From Antedon mediterranea (Eukaryota > Animalia > Echinodermata), in assembly GCF_964355755.1 (NCBI RefSeq), contig NC_092673.1, positions 24,301,648 to 24,365,647 of the forward strand: a stretch of 64,000 bases of DNA. Reading direction: 5' to 3'. Made by a program: the position numbers and the translations under genes. Below the pieces are notes generated by a model, which worked only from the letters and a program-made list of their open reading frames with translations, was not told the DNA's origin and ran no database searches. Every line of letters begins with the position of its first letter. Within the stretch, counting starts at the first letter, position 1. Below are positions 1 through 13,590 of this stretch, one piece after another.

Positions 1-208
1 GTACATGCCCCAGCACATGCCCTAGTACATGCCCCAACACATGCCCTAGTACATGCCCTAATACATGCCCAACACATGCCCTAGTACATGCCCCAACACA
101 TGCCCCAACACATGCCCTAGTACATGCCCTAGTACATGCCCCAACACATGCCCCAGCACATGCCCCAACGCATGCCCCAGCACATGCCCCAACGCATGCC
201 CCAGCACA
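1..208. repeat. 12-bp minisatellite (ACATGCCC(C/T)A(G/A)(C/T))n, truncated by window start
   Basis: Repeating acatgccccagc / acatgccctagt / acatgccccaac units read directly. Confidence 0.95.
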
Positions 209-2483
209 GTACTGTATGTCCCATCTGTTTTTCCATATTAGTATAGGAGAAGTAGGGTATAGTGTATATGTACAGTATATACTTATTTAGGTCCGCCATA
301 TACATTACAAACTAGCCTTGTTTTAAATTTAGTTTAATTAAGTGACTATGATGTTTATTTAATAGGGACTCCCAAATACAGTAGTAAGTTTTAATATTAA
401 ATTTCAAATCTTAATTTTTTATATTAATACCCAATTCTAGCTGTTTCATGCTGTTATAAATATTTAAATGATTTTTTGGTGGATCTGACTATCGATTTAA
501 AAATTCAAAACATTCAACACTTGGAAAGGATAACTTGTTTACAGTCATGAATATTTCATTTATCAGCTATATAGTTTTCATTGTTAAAAAATAATAGATG
601 TAAAAATTGTCTTATTTAACTATAAATTTATAGCCTTCTCATTAATAATAAAATGATCGTCATAAACGTGCGTAGATGACCAGAGCTGACTCTAAATTTC
701 ACGCCTTCATATTGGAACAGAATCTTTATCACCAAAAAGCAAAAGGTTAATTAAGAAAAAGTAGAAAAAAGACCGATTATCTGAATTTGAACTCAAATGT
801 AAAATAATCTTGTGTAACCTACATACTGAAATAAAATTTTGAATTTTATAAATCTATTTTGTCTAGATTGTCTTTAACTTTAGTAAAAAATTATTTTAAT
901 TTGTATTGATTATTAATAGGATAGCTTGGAATAAACATTTCCTGTAAATCGCTGAATGAGGGGAAAATTAAACAGTTTTAATTAACAGTGTCCTGTTAAT
1001 CTTTAGGTTCTATTGTTCTCATGTTGTTCAGTATGTCATGATAGGCTATTGTTTTTTCTGTCAAAATGTATTTAACACAGTTTGTCATATTAAAGTGATA
1101 AATAGCACAAAGGCAATCTAACAACAGAACAGTTCGTAGATAGGAACTTTTAACAGTGCTTTGATCTTATGTCTTGCTGCAACAAATACCAACAGTACTG
1201 TCATACGGTGTCTGTTAAGGAGCATGGAATTGATCATGCCCCTTTGATCTCCGGAGCTCAGAATGTCTTGATATAACCAGGACTCCCTGATATAACCTAG
1301 TATAAATTTTCTATGTGATTTAATAGTAAATTTGAAGCATCATACATCATGTGAAATACTATGTTATGTCATCATTACATGATAATTAATCATGTTTAAT
1401 ATCGTATATTACAACATACCACATGTCACTGTCGACTCTCGAGTGAACGGTTGGCCTGCGAAGCGGTTCCTGTTTTTTGGTGAACCACGACAAGCTGTCC
1501 TCGATAGACCTCGTTCTCAATCCATTTTACGAGTTGCTTTCAATTCATGCGAGTATGCTACTTACAAGCTATCAAGCTAGGACACAAATATTTTTTGTCT
1601 TCACACAATCACATCAAGAGCAGCTCACGATAGAGGACACATGTGAACAACAAGCATAACAACCTATATTGTAACCTATACATTCTCAACTTTATTTCTA
1701 AAAGAGCTTATTTTCCATTCAAACATTACACCAATATTGAACAAGAATGAGGTACTGACTTGGAGAGTATAATGCCTGACTTAAAATTGAGTTATATTTA
1801 TGTAACATGAGCCCAAACAGAAAACTGCTCTTATATTAATCCATGTCGGATAAGGACATGCATATTAAATTAATTATTTTTTGGATTGATTTTTACTTTT
1901 ATGGTCATAATAGTCATTAGCACCAACAATATGGCATCTATGAGCTGGTCAATATGAAAAGCACTTAGCGGAGTAGAAAGTTCAAAATATGTTGCAAAAT
2001 AAATTTTATACACATTATATCTTACCTTTACCGTTTATTTTCATAGCAACAAATGGCTCCACTCTTGAAAGTACTTGACCGTTCACACTGGTCACAATGT
2101 TCCAGTAATAAGCTTATAAATGAAATTTTGATGATCAGTTTGTGTAAGATGTGTTTTACTTTATTTTTGCATAGTAAAGTGTTGACATTTGAGTTTTTAA
2201 ATGTTGAACCCAATGATGAATATGACATGATAATATATTTTTGTCTGCTGGGTGACCTTTTTTAAGACAAAGATCACAATTATCTCTTCAGTTTACTGCT
2301 TTCTAGTGTTTTTTTTTTAAATTTTGTTGTGCCATATGATTAATTTACTTGTCAGTAATTCAATCTTGATTACTATGGTACTAATGTTTCCACCTTGTTA
2401 TGTGTTTCTCTTCTGTGGATCAATAATTAAAGAAAAAGTGTGTAGGCTTTTGTTGTCATTCCTATTTATTTCCAGTATATTAA

Positions 2484-3984
2484 AGATGTACAGTATTGTC
2501 CCTTTGTCAAATTCCAAAAAAATAAAAATAAAAAGATTTCGAAAAAAAGTGGGTCATTTTGAAGTATCATATAGTTATTAACTTTCACCAAAAAATAGTC
2601 GGAAAACAAAATCATTTAACTGAAATACAGACGTGTTTTGGTTAAAAAAATAACTTTGACTTCCAGTCAAAGTTTTCGATCAATACATATCTCATAATGC
2701 AATGCGCATATTTGGCTGCTCTGTATGCATAATCATAAAACTTCCTCGCGATCTGTGTGAAAACACCTTCTCAACCGTGACAAGTTGTAAACAATCCTAA
2801 TTAGCATCATGCATGTATACTCATGGTTTGAAATCTTTGTTTACTTTGTTTACCAGACGAAATCTAATCAAATTAATTTAGCTATTAATTACGTAAAATT
2901 GTTGTTTTTGTCTAGTCTGGGTTCCAGACGGAGTTTTACGGTCTTAATATTAGTAAAAAGATAAATATTTTGGCACATATAGCGTTTCATACGTATACTA
3001 CTTGATTTTGGATACTCCGTCTGGGGAAACACGCACAAGTCACATGGTTTGACACCAAGAATTCTTGGTGCATACGATTATCCGGTTGACTAGTTTCAGC
3101 TGCATGCGATTGGCTACTCACTCGTACACCGTTTTAATATTCATATTTCAGAATTTCAAAGACTCAACAACTAAGATGATGCGCATGTTACGTTTAGAGA
3201 ATGTGTACTTGGGTATTTATGAAAGTTTCTGAAGGCTAGAAATTATTTTATATGCCTAGTAGTCTGGTAAACATTTGATGGGATTTTTCCCAAAAACATG
3301 AAAACTCGTCTTGATATGATATGCTAGCTTCTCCGCAAATCAAACATTGAATGGATCATTTATTACGCGGAGTTAATTTTGATTTAATTCACACCCAGAC
3401 CCTGTCCTGTTCTGTGTGGTGGTGTAGCCCTGTTGTTGTGTGCCGCCGATGGTGGTATGTAGGCCTACTTTATTGGCGTTTTATTTGGCAGGTCATACGT
3501 GCGAATTGAGTAGGACCTACGAAAGAGGCCTAGGCCAAGGACTAAACAATTAATAAACAAAACAACTTGGCATTACGATTTTATATTTCAACAGTCTCGA
3601 TCGTACATTCAGCACTGTACGTACTCGATCATTTTCATTTTGAAACAAAATGATCATTGGTTGATTCAAAATCCATATTTACATACCGCCCGCCCCATAT
3701 AGCCAAATACGGTATGATAAACTACGTCATTCTTATCGGATGTTTGCGGTCTGCAAATCGATTTCTATACGTGTTTCACAAGTCTGTATTTTCAGACAAA
3801 AATCGCGGTCGAAATAAAAACAAATAAATAAAAAAAAAAGATAATACAGACTTGGGGCAAGTCTAGTTTTTGTCTTGAATTTTCGACTTTAAAGTGAATA
3901 ACTTTAATATTACTTTGATATAGCCAATAACAATTTAGTATATTTAGACCTTCATTTTTTTGTGTTTCAAGGGACAATACATCT
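2484..3984. mobile_element. Kolobok-like non-autonomous DNA transposon (host of AcademH-like insertion)
   Basis: TTAA|AGATGTA(cagta)TTGTCCC ... GGGACAATACATCT|TTAA. TTAA target plus purine-purine start is the Kolobok rule; same TIR as the 40535-40862 copy. Confidence 0.7.
2913..3865 (+). mobile_element. AcademH-like non-autonomous DNA transposon, copy 1
   Basis: TAG...CTA termini, exact 9-bp TSD GTTTTTGTC (2904-2912 / 3866-3874), subterminal palindromes; near-identical inverted copy at 32235-33159. Confidence 0.8.
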
Positions 3985-4899
3985 TTAATAAACAATTTCA
4001 GTGAATTAAAGAGAGCTAGAGCTAACTCTTTGCTTCTTTTTTTTATTCTCTCTTTTTTTATTTTATTCATCTAAACAATTTTTACAAAACTGCCATGAAA
4101 TTCAGTTGCTATGCAACATAGCAACACGTTTTTTACCATTATATTTTTGTTTTGACAGTTAAATGATGCTGAGAGCCATTTGTTTATTCAGTTCATCTAT
4201 GTGATATTATATTTGTGTATCTACTCTTTTAGTTATATGCATGACCGTAGAAACCAGTAGGGCTACTGTGTAATGAACTTGTTTATGAATTTAAAATGCA
4301 CACATTTAAAATGGTGATATAAATATATAGAAAATGTTTTTTTGTTCTCGCTTTAATAGGGGTTTCTCCTCTTCTATTTCAAGAACATAAACAATGTATA
4401 CAAAGTAATATAGAAAGTGTAAAGTAGTAGTAAATTCCATATTTTAATGTTAACTTCCTTTCTCCATTTCAGTTGAATTTTGAATATTTATGTGTATTTG
4501 ATATTGGGAAGTCTAATTATTGTGGAATAAACAAACTTTAATTATATACTAATGTAGATTGGTTCTAAATGTTGATGATTGTGTTCATCATGAATTTCTA
4601 GCAATCCTAGTTGCTTGTAATTTACTATATGAACTATAGTTCTTAGAATACCTATCTTTTATTAAGAGGTCAGCATTCTTCCTAGATCTTTAATTAACAT
4701 AGATTTCTTAAACATAGAAGTATTAAAAATTGTGCAAAATATACTGCAAAATCACAAAATCAATTTTATTTTGTTACATGCCTATTTATGCCTAACCACA
4801 AAATAGTTTGTCACACAAAAATACGAATATTATTGAGAAAATTAAAGAAGTAAATGATGTCCAGTATGTCCTTTTTATAAGGGTTTCTAATTAATAAGG

Positions 4900-5625
4900 G
4901 GTGTTCTTAATATTGAGTGTACTCTTAATATTTAGTGTACTATATTGAGTGTACTCTTAATATTGAGTGTACTCCTAATATTGAGTGTACTCTTAATATT
5001 GAGTGTACTCTTAATACGGGTGTCCTATTTATACTGAGTGTCCTCTTTATACTGAGTGTCCTCTTTATACTGAGTGTTCTCTTAATATCGAATATACTCT
5101 TAATATTGAATGTACTCTTAATATTGAATGTACCCTTAATATTGAGTGTACCCTTAATATTGAGTGTACTCTTAATATCAAGATACTCTTAATATTGAGT
5201 GTACTCTTAATATTGAGTGTACTCTTAATATTGAATGTACTCTTAATATTGAGTGTACTCTTAATATTGAGTGTACTCTTAATATTGAGTGTACTCTTAA
5301 TAATGGGTGTACTCTTAATATGGGTGTCCTTTTTATACTGAGTGTTCTCTTTATACTGAGTGTCCTCTTAATATCAAGTATACTCTTTATATTGAGTGTA
5401 CCCTTTATATTGAGTGTACCCTTAACATTGAGTGTACCTTTTATATTGAGTTTACTCTTAATATGGGTTTCCTCTTTATACTCAGTGTCCTCTTTATACT
5501 GAGTGTCCTCTTAATATTGAGTGTCCTTAATATTTAATGTCCTCCTTTTGAGTGTCTTCTTTTTGAGTGTCTTATTAAATAGCGGTGAACTCTTAATAGG
5601 GGTGTCCCAATATAAGCGTTCAACT
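4900..5625. repeat. 18-bp minisatellite (TTAATATTGAGTGTACTC)n and variants, probably expanded inside a MITE
   Basis: Dozens of ttaatattgagtgtactc / tttatactgagtgtcctc units; the ORFs at 4935 and 5320 are translations of this repeat. Confidence 0.9.
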
Positions 5626-8600
5626 GCAAATAAACGAGAAGATTGTACAGATTGGCAGCATTATACATGAAACACCTGTATGTACATTATAATATGTGTT
5701 ATTCTTGCTTCAGAACTGGCCTAATAGACTGTTTTTTTAAACCACACTCTTAATGAAATATGGTAAGATAGAGATCACCACTACAAATGTAAATAGATGT
5801 TCACAGATGAGTTCCGCTAAAAAAAAGTAAAACCATTATCAACACCATAGTGCAATTACTAATAAAATAGAAAACCGCTTTCTTTCATAATAACTAATAT
5901 CAATTATGCAAAAGATGCTGTCCGTGATTTATGCGCTATCTTGTCCTTATCTCTCGTGGTACCGACATCCGCACACTCCACCAAGGGACAGATTTCAGAA
6001 ATTTCAAACACATTACAAAAATAGATTTCTTTGCAAGATTGAGAAAAACATTTGCCGCTCATGATAATATAGGTTCATGTAATGACTAAAAGAAAATTAA
6101 ATGCGTTTTTCTGTAATTTATATAATTATATTGGATGTTTTTATTGTCAGTATTTTTATTGCTATCCAGGTTTTTAAAATATTGTGAATTAATCAAATAA
6201 AAATATTAGTTTAAATAAATTATTTATGATTACTAATTTAAAATCAATACAATTTCAAGTTCTAATAAAACAAAAATGTTTTCATAATCCTAATAATTGT
6301 CATTATTAAGCATCAAAATTAGCAATTTCGTTAATTTTTACAAAAACTGGAATAAAAAAAAATTACATTATCCTGACTATATTTAGAAGTATAATTTATA
6401 GTCAAGTAACAGCAAATCTCACAATTTATTTTAAATAAACTAGGCAGTGGCATTGTTAACTAGACTCACTACGCCATGTCATTGGCGTTATGTACAATAG
6501 CTACGTACCCCATCTTAACTAACGCCTCCAAGCTAACTGCCATTTGACCGTATTTCAAGATATTTACCTATTAACCTCATGTATTTTAAATTTGGTTGCT
6601 CTAAAAACCGTATGCTCTTGATCTGAAAGTGCATGAATTTGTTTATAGTGAAATAAAAGTATACAAGCTGTTACCGCCGTGCTCCTTCCAGGAATACGTA
6701 TCGCTAGTTAAAACAACAGCAATGATGCAATAAGTCGAGACTAAACACTGTTTTAATTTGGCGGCATGGTATTTGTAGATCCGGCCATTGCGGTACACAA
6801 CAGTGGAGGTTACGTAGTTGATAATTGATGTAACAACTCACAAAACATGAGACTTTAAATTACTGTTATTTTTTGCCCTTTTTTAACAGCTGTTAAAAGC
6901 CATTTTAAAATCTAAAATAGAGCCTGGGCTAATTTTAAATGTAAAAGGATAAACTCGTGTGGATTACCTTTTACTTGCGTAAGCCACGCCAGTCTTGCCC
7001 AGTTAGTAAAGTGTGAAGGTACCCTCTGACTGGCATTCATCTGGCGAGGCTAGACCCATTGTTGAAATAGGAGATGTAATATTAAACAAACAAATAGCAT
7101 GGATACATTTAATTGTGTCATAAATTGAAATGCTTCTTTAAAATTGACATGTTTGCAAGCGTTTACCTGATGGCTTTGTTTCGCTTTCCATTTACTGATT
7201 ACAAAGGTTAGATTCGCGGGATATAATTGTGCGATAAATATATTTTCCTTGCATTTAACCTGGATTAAATGACTTTAGTTAGAATCTATTTTAGTTTGAC
7301 ATCTGACAGAGTAAAAATGGATTAACAGAGTGTGTTCTCTGTGGATACGATGCATTATATTGTTGTCATTCTGTATGCTGTAAATTAGTTGGCAACAATA
7401 CTGGCGATATCCACAAGGCTACCCAATGATCGCCTTTGCCGAGTGATTTATGATGTATAATGGGAATATAAAGCGTGAACAATGTTATTCTTCATCCTGT
7501 CTTACATGTAGCATAAGTGCATTTGATAAAAAAAAATGTTGTAATGTTTAAAAATGCATCTTGATTCATTTCGTGTAGTTTTAAAGCCTGTTTCTATTCA
7601 AGACTTCACAATACTCTTAATCGGAATCTGTTTTTATAAATCACAATGCAGTTTTTATTAAAACTGAACCAGTTTCTCATATCAATTTTTTATGGTTGGT
7701 TTTGTAATATGTAATTGAGTAGTCAAATGTGTGTTCCTTTCAGAGTCCATTTGAGGTGAAGTCAAAGTGACCTAAAAAATGTTCCACAAGAACCAGTTTA
7801 AGATCTGTTCTTGCGCAGCAAGACAATAAATCAGGCCGGGTTGTTTGTGGTCCAATTCCAACGAGTGAAAGACTAAAAAACAATGGTTTTAATACAATAA
7901 TCTCCAGCTCAATAGAAAAGTATTTGTTGACATACATTACCAATCAAGACTGTATTTAATACGAGAATTAGAAATCGTCATCGTTCATTTGCATAACCTT
8001 GCGTAACCTATATTCCATGTTCATTACACAGTCTACGACAGTGTAATGCTCCATAACAAAAGCTTATGTATAGTACGTTTGCTAATGCAATAATCTTTTT
8101 CAGCTATAGTAATGATCTATTTATACAGATTGTTTTAAGAAATTGCAGATAGAAAATAAGAAGAAATTAATAAACAGAACGAATAAAAAGTAAATGTTCG
8201 AAAATCATTAATTTACAGATATGATTATTGTATTAGAAATGTTTAACCCTGTATTAACCTTCTTTAAACCCAGCATATAACCTTGTTGATGTATTCTTTA
8301 TATCTTTAATTGTCATTGCCATATTTCCTTGTGATATCCCAAAGGAAATGATAGTATAACTGTAACATGAAATCAAATACTATTGTACTCCACAAAATCT
8401 GCATATTAATTTCTCCTGAGATTTTATAGATATTTATCCATATCAGTAACAATATGTTACTAACATTGTATTTTCATTAAAATCTTCACTTTATTTTCTT
8501 TGTAAAATGGCCGCAATAATTTTGTGCTCTAAAGAAAAATAATTCTGATAAGATAATGCTGGATTATTAATTGAATTTTTAATCAAGGACGCTTTTTACT

Positions 8601-9399
8601 TAATCTTTTATTATTATATAATAATATATTACACTGACATACTATTTTGTAATATACATTAGACTTTATATTGATAGGCAATATTTATATATTCATAACT
8701 ACAGGTAATCAGATTGTATTAATTAAGTCAATATCATATGTCAGTACAGTATGAACTATATGTATGTATTCAAAGAAGATTGATACATATATATTGATGT
8801 ATGACCATGTGAAAGTCCCAATAGATTTGTATAAAGCCATAAAATCAGGGAGGTTTAATAGTTCGAACAAACACTTTTTTTCCTGAACTGCCCTTTTCAA
8901 ACGTGATATATTCAAGTGCTAGTTAAATGCCTAGCTTATGAACTATGTTGACCGATCCTAGTAAGAATTAATTTCACTTCATCTACTAGACATATGCAAA
9001 ATAATCTTTCTATACTCGATTTTCACTTAACTTCCAGTGTGTTTCAACATTCAAAACATTTCATTCATATATCGAGCTATTCTATGCATATCGATGCATT
9101 TCATTCATCATATCGCGTCATAAAATTCATATCATCGAAATGTTGCGTAAACGGCGTTCCATTACAATCACAAGGGTTATCCGCAAATCAGTTGCGGGAT
9201 AACCCTTGTGATTGTAATGGATTTGAATTTATCACTACGGACGAGTTATCCGCAGTGCAAACGCCACATGCATGTCATACGTTAGAATATTGCGCACCTC
9301 CTCCTCCTGTAAGAATACTGGCTACAGACTTAGACAAAAATGAATTGTGAATCTGTGAATTTCCTATTATGTATATAACCCGCTTTTAAAAACAGCTAA

Positions 9400-9566
9400 A
9401 GTTCTGTCTATACACTATCAAACTTTCTGTGACAAAGAAATGTGATGTGCCCAAATATGGTAGTGATATGCTTAAATATGGTAGTGATAGGCTTAAATAG
9501 GGTAGTGATATGACATCATCACATCACTTTTTTTGTCAAAGTACTTTGATAGTGTAGACACTAGCT
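9400..9566. mobile_element. PIF/Harbinger-like MITE (family AGCTCTGTCTACACTATCAAACT..., internal CCAAATATGGTAGTGATATG repeats)
   Basis: TIR ...TGTCTACACTATCAAA / TTTGATAGTGTAGACA...; TAA/TTA flanks. Further copies near 14230-14373, 40888-41007, 43068-43188, 44424-44551, 51165-51316, 52942-53094, 55968-56085, 58215-58367, 60775-60915. Confidence 0.75.
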
Positions 9567-12276
9567 TAAGGCTTATTTCTCAATGCTCATTCTGCTCTAC
9601 TATTGACAACAAATAAGTTTTCGTCATTGTTGTTGTTTAGGTTTATATAGATATATAATAGACATTTTAAACTCAGAACTCGTCCCTTCAAGAATCATGC
9701 ATACTGTATGTTTATTCCTTTTTACCTTTGACCTTTTACGTTGACATTTAAAAATGCGATGGGGGTGTCTCATTAATTCAATCAACGTTCAACATTAGAA
9801 AGTTCATACATTTTGAATGATACTTCTTAACTAAACACCCCCATCATCTCAAATTTACAGTGTTTACGTTCTCCAACCGTATGACAATTCTTTTTGTATT
9901 TTGCTATTAAACAGCTTTCAATTTGTCCTAAATTAAACCAAATGCCATCACTTTATAGTGATTTCTACCAGTAAGATATACACTTGTACGTAAGTGTAAA
10001 GTAAATGTCAGTTTTTATTTTTTATTGTCTTTTGGTGCCATGTCTCTGCTCTGCGTGTGTACTTCAGGTTTTGTTTGTATTTTGAACGCAATCAAACGGA
10101 GGATAGTAGTTTGAAATTTATTATACAATTAGTGTGCGTTTATGAAATTTGATGTTCCGGGGACGTCCCTAGATAAGTCGGTCATTAATCATTCCTTAAT
10201 GGGATTTTAATGGCTGTCCGTCTGCATTTAGCTGGCTTCGGAAGCTGTAGTTGACCAGGCGCATCTTCAAGGTACTAATAGACACTTTTCCTTTGGGAGT
10301 TTGAATGACCTTTCAGATATAAACAGAAGATTTTATAACAATTCTAAGAAATTATGCAACTTTCGTGGAAAATTTTAATTATTATCCTGTGGAATTCTGT
10401 TTTTTTGCTGACTAGATTTGAAGATGTTCCAATTCTCTGGTGCCAAAAGCACGTTGCTGGTGCCTATTTGGTTAAACACGGCCTATACAATACATTTGTT
10501 CTAATGTCCTAAAATTCTCAAATTCAAGACAATTTCTGTTTTGTATCCACTTCTGCTCTCATTTTAAATGTATGATATGTTTTACAAGATGATGGACTTC
10601 TATAAACAGACATACATCATCGTAGCTCAATTACAGTAACTTAATACTTGACACAGAGTACTAATTCTGTAAACTCAGATCTCAACATATGTATTTTGTT
10701 ACTTCATTATATTAAACATTTTCCAATATTCAAATGTGCCCGTGAATTCTTTGTACCAGTAACATGTATTTAGTTAAATATTTGTTTAAAAGAAATTTCA
10801 ATACTGTAATTGCATTCGAAATCTACAATAAGTGTATCCAAAGTTGATAAGGGCCTGAGTTATGCTTTCGTATCATACTTGGCGTACATGAATCAGGAAA
10901 AGATTAGTGGAAGCCACCTCTGATGACACTGATCTTTCATTCGTCACGAAAGCTGAAGGTACAAGATTATTTAACGACTCTTTTGATACAAAAGTAAAGC
11001 ATCAATGATTTTGACCTCCAACCAATCAAATTTACCCCGGCATCAGATGTTCGCCCAAATCTGTGACACTTCAGTTTTAAACAAAATTATTATTAAAGCG
11101 ATTTAAAGCAACGTTACGACGCTATAATATGACATTGCTTACGATATGAAAACATAACTCTTTGTATCTGAACATACCCTAAGTCACTGTATGAATTTCT
11201 ATTGAATAAATATTGTATAAGTTAAATATTGCTCTTTGACTTTATTCAACCTCCTGAGCATAGTATTTTGTGTGCCAGGTATTTAGTCAATACTGTATAA
11301 TTTGGATATTAATTGTTTATTACTCTTTGATGACAACCTCCTGAGCCTAGAAAACTGTATTTATGCAAGAGATAGTTTTCATAGATAGGATCTGCTGTAC
11401 AAGTTCAATGTTACATTTTTAACTTGGTTACTTTCTTGAGCCTGTAACTGGCAGTATGCAAGACACAGTTATTTGTATAAATTTGATAGGGTTCGCTGTA
11501 TAATGAGCTAAAGTTAGTATATAGTATGTGAGGGTTGGTTTTTTTTTCCTTCAGTTTTTTTATTTGAAATTCATAGTATACAAATTAAATTTCGGAGATA
11601 AAAACACAAAAAGTCAAATTATATCTATTGTGGTCCTTCAAAGGAATAATTAAAAAAATAGAGTTATTTTTATATAATCAATACTGTATAAATTTGATAT
11701 TTGTTAGTACTCATTGACTTATACAACCACTGAGGTTAGAATTGCCATTTTCGTAAAACGTAGTTAAAAGAAATCGGTATATATTAAATTTCAAATTATT
11801 TTTTTGACCGACTACATAAGTAGATGAATATCTTAGAGAAATGTTAGAATTGATGGATATTTTAATTAACAGGATTCCAAGCCTGATGTTTTATCAATGG
11901 ATTTAAGCCTAAAGCTATAGGTTTACAGACCCCATTATTGCAGATATGCCAATGAATAAATCAAAATTTAGTATACAAAAAATCGTACAGTGGATAATGA
12001 TCACCTTTGGCTATTTTTTAGTCGTTTTGTCATCGATAAAAAAATATGCTGTTCTACATTTATTGAGCACGTTTTTCTGAATGAACTGGTTTACAGATAT
12101 TTTTATATTCTATATTTATATTGAAATTATATATATCGGAAATAAAAATAAAACTTCAAACTACGTTTAATATTACGTGACAAATTTGTTTCGTAAAATT
12201 TGTTGTGCAAGATAAAGTAAATAAAGTAACCAAATTTTATTTTTATTTCTAATATATATCTAGCTTTACCACTATT

Positions 12277-13257
12277 AGAGAGGTTTCGCAATCTTACGAA
12301 TACGATAACGAAAACGGATACGTCACGCACACGTATTCATTTTCGTAAGCCATAAAAAAATCTGTTTCGCATGGCAACGAAATATTGAGGCGCGTCCAAA
12401 ATATGACAGCGGTAAATTTGAGCGAAGCGCAGGCAAAGATTGTATAGCGCCGCTACGCGGCGCAAGATAGGTAACTGGGTGAGACCTTTGTAATATCCAT
12501 TGACGCCATTCCGGCGGACAAATTTGAACCGGAATAAAGTCGTTGTCAAGGCAATATCCACAATGTTTCGGTTAAAGAACGAAGTTGTCTAACCAAACAT
12601 ATCAATGTAAACACACAGAATTAATCGGAAAGTGTCCAGATCTCAAAGAAACTTTTATTTTACTTTGTTTACATAATTTCTTCCCTTTTCCATGAATCAC
12701 TCATCAAGATGGTTAACCACAGATACTTCGAGGCGGACCGCAAAATTTAAACCATTTACATTTAAATCACAATAATAACCTGTCCGCCCGAATGGCGTCC
12801 ATGGATTTACTGGGCGCGTAGTGTTATAAGATAGGAGCTTGGCAACAGTTACCTATCTTGCGCGGCGTAGCGGTGCTATACAATCTTTGGCGCAGGTACG
12901 TGTCGCTTGGTGCTTGGCTGCCTAGGCCTAGCGTAACATCAAAGCGAGTGAGGACTTTAAAAACTGCTATTTATCAAAATTGACTTGGCATTTTAGTAAA
13001 TTACTTTAGTAAATTACTTTAAATAAATCTATAATCCCGTCTATAATTATATTATAACAATGAATCATTCCTGATTCAAATGCCAAATGTGCAAAATAGA
13101 TAAAAACTTTACTCGTTTTGTAGTTACGAAATGACTGGTGATATTCGTCAACACGAATACGCTTTACGAATATGAAATGGGGATCAGCTCAAAAGTTTCA
13201 CAAATGTATGACGTATCCGTTTTCGTTATCGTATTCGTAAGGTTGCGAAACCTCCCT
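12277..13257. mobile_element. Non-autonomous DNA transposon with ~50-bp TIRs and 3-bp ATT TSD (PHIS group, Pangu-like by ANT target)
   Basis: AGAGAGGTTTCGCAATCTTACGAATACGATAACGAAAACGGATACGTCA ... TGACGTATCCGTTTTCGTTATCGTATTCGTAAGGTTGCGAAACCTCCCT; ATT at 12274-12276 and 13258-13260. Rejoined flanks resemble an uninterrupted repeat at ~25585-25700. Confidence 0.8.
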
Positions 13258-13344
13258 ATTATCAAGTGCTGTAACCAGACAGTCTAATTATCTCTTACTT
13301 GTATATATCTAAATTATATATTTCTACATATATTTATTTCACTT

Positions 13345-13590
13345 TCACTGATGAAGGGCTGGTGTTGCCTGAAGGCTCTGCTAACTTTTCTGTTTTACTT
13401 TTATCGTTTTGATTTAGTAGCTTTTTGCATATTTAATTTGTATCTCCATTGAGATCCAGCCACTGATACCCACAGCATTTTCATTTTGTAACTCCATTGA
13501 GATCCAGCCACTGATACCCACAGCATTGTCATTTTGTATCTCCATTGAGATCCAGCCACTGATACCCACAGCATTTTCATTTTTTCAGTA
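13345..13590 (+). mobile_element. Penelope-like terminal fragment with degenerate hammerhead motif and three tandem ~49-bp units
   Basis: CTGATGAAGGGCTGGTGTTGCCTGAAGGCTC followed by three copies of TCCATTGAGATCCAGCCACTGATACCCACAGCATT; homologous to 39555-39752 and 48938-49087. Confidence 0.6.

Noticed and set aside
4935-5502. Hydrophobic repeat proteins (ORFs 4935, 5320)
   Set aside because: Translations of the 18-bp minisatellite.
5914-5992. REST/RE1 half-sites (GCTGTCCGTG; CACCAAGGGACAG)
   Set aside because: Only partial matches, and canonical RE1 regulation is not established for a probable invertebrate.
7741-7960. Possible exon after TTTCAG with coding-like composition
   Set aside because: All three frames stop soon after the acceptor; no ATG/donor pairing or recognisable protein. 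Could be UTR but unsupported.
10414-10635. Further phase-2 ATG-to-donor candidates (MFQFSGAK..|gttaaa; MMDFYKQT..|gtaact)
   Set aside because: Weak donors and no homology; expected by chance in tens of kb.
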